Source: Planctomycetaceae bacterium (lineage in GTDB: Bacteria > Planctomycetota > Planctomycetia > Planctomycetales > Planctomycetaceae). Taken from it: a stretch of 64,000 nt of DNA. A program made the translations under genes and the position numbers. The stretch spans positions 71,499 through 135,498 of the forward strand of contig JAWKTY010000017.1 in the NCBI GenBank assembly GCA_041398865.1. Reading direction: 5' to 3'. Shown here piece by piece: positions 63,488 to 64,000 of this stretch; the first letter of the stretch is position 1; every line of letters starts with the position of its first letter. A model generated the notes under the pieces. The model was not told where the DNA came from and ran no database searches. It saw nothing but the letters and a program-made list of their open reading frames with translations.

Positions 63488-64000
63488 TGTCAAAATGGTG
63501 TGAACACCGGCCAGAAAGACTGCACACAGCCGCGGATATTAGCGATTTCGGTCCGAGGCACAAAAGCCACTTTCAGAATTGCCCCGTCGCGCCAATTTTC
63601 GCCAACTTCATTACCGGCAAAGGGCACGGAAACTCAAAACTCCGGTGTTCACGGCGCCCGGGCAGCGCTCCTGCTGCGAGTTGCCCGCTGACAGATGCCG
63701 GGGTCCTTGCGAGCCCGGAGCGTCGGACGACTCAGCCAGCCGACCATTTTCGGGCTGAAGCGACGAACTCGTCGGACTTGGTGTTAAAATGGGGTAAGTT
63801 GGGAGATGTTAGCGGATTTCACGGATGCAACGGTCCTTCCTTGGGAACTCTTCGTAACAGGTGTAGCAGACATACGGTTGAGTGATCCGCACGATCGTCA
63901 AAGGCCGAACTGATTGTCAGCGGACTGTCATGTCTGCAACGGAACTTTCCCCGGACGGGTGGTTCCGTGAGAGGGAGATCCAATTCGTTTCGCCGTCCCT

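Noticed and set aside
63500-64000. SAM or SAH riboswitch upstream of metF
   Set aside because: The minus strand has a CAGGAGCGCTGC stretch reminiscent of the SAH motif, but I cannot find the downstream CAGGCTC or pseudoknot partner, nor a SAM-I core. An Rfam scan would settle it.

Overview
64-kb window that looks like Planctomycetota (Planctomycetaceae-like: DUF1559 pilin-type gene, exosortase/PEP-CTERM, giant Calx-beta protein, sulfatase); the taxonomy is inferred from gene content only. In order: (1) a 5'-truncated giant repeat surface protein (spherulin-4/GH135-like domain, lamin-tail-like domains, 303-bp repeats, C-terminal dockerin-like motif) followed by PEP-CTERM protein, exosortase and TPR protein; (2) housekeeping and accessory genes (S41 protease, SNase-like nuclease, DinB, RluA, enolase-superfamily dehydratase, SRPBCC-GyrI, MMPL, DUF1559 + lipoprotein, gspF/gspE/secretin-N-domain protein, sulfatase, tRNA-Lys(CTT), M32 peptidase, ilvB, DUF3467, ParA, ThuA-like, M24 peptidase); (3) a ~13-kb tightly coupled cluster (47.6-61.0 kb) of tailoring-type enzymes: outer-membrane barrel, radical SAM, flavin-dependent halogenase read in frame with a B12-radical SAM, a second B12-radical SAM, 2OG-Fe(II) oxygenase, two methyltransferases, a P-loop kinase, a catalytically degenerate halogenase paralogue and two hypothetical proteins with a possible ABBA prenyltransferase-barrel pattern, with no recognisable scaffold synthase or precursor peptide; (4) OYE-family oxidoreductase and metF. 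At least three dispersed palindromic (REP/REPIN-like) families occur in intergenic spaces. About ten frameshifts, nearly all single-base losses in short homopolymers, split otherwise intact genes, so the sequence probably carries indel errors; this matters for interpreting the apparent halogenase-radical SAM fusion.
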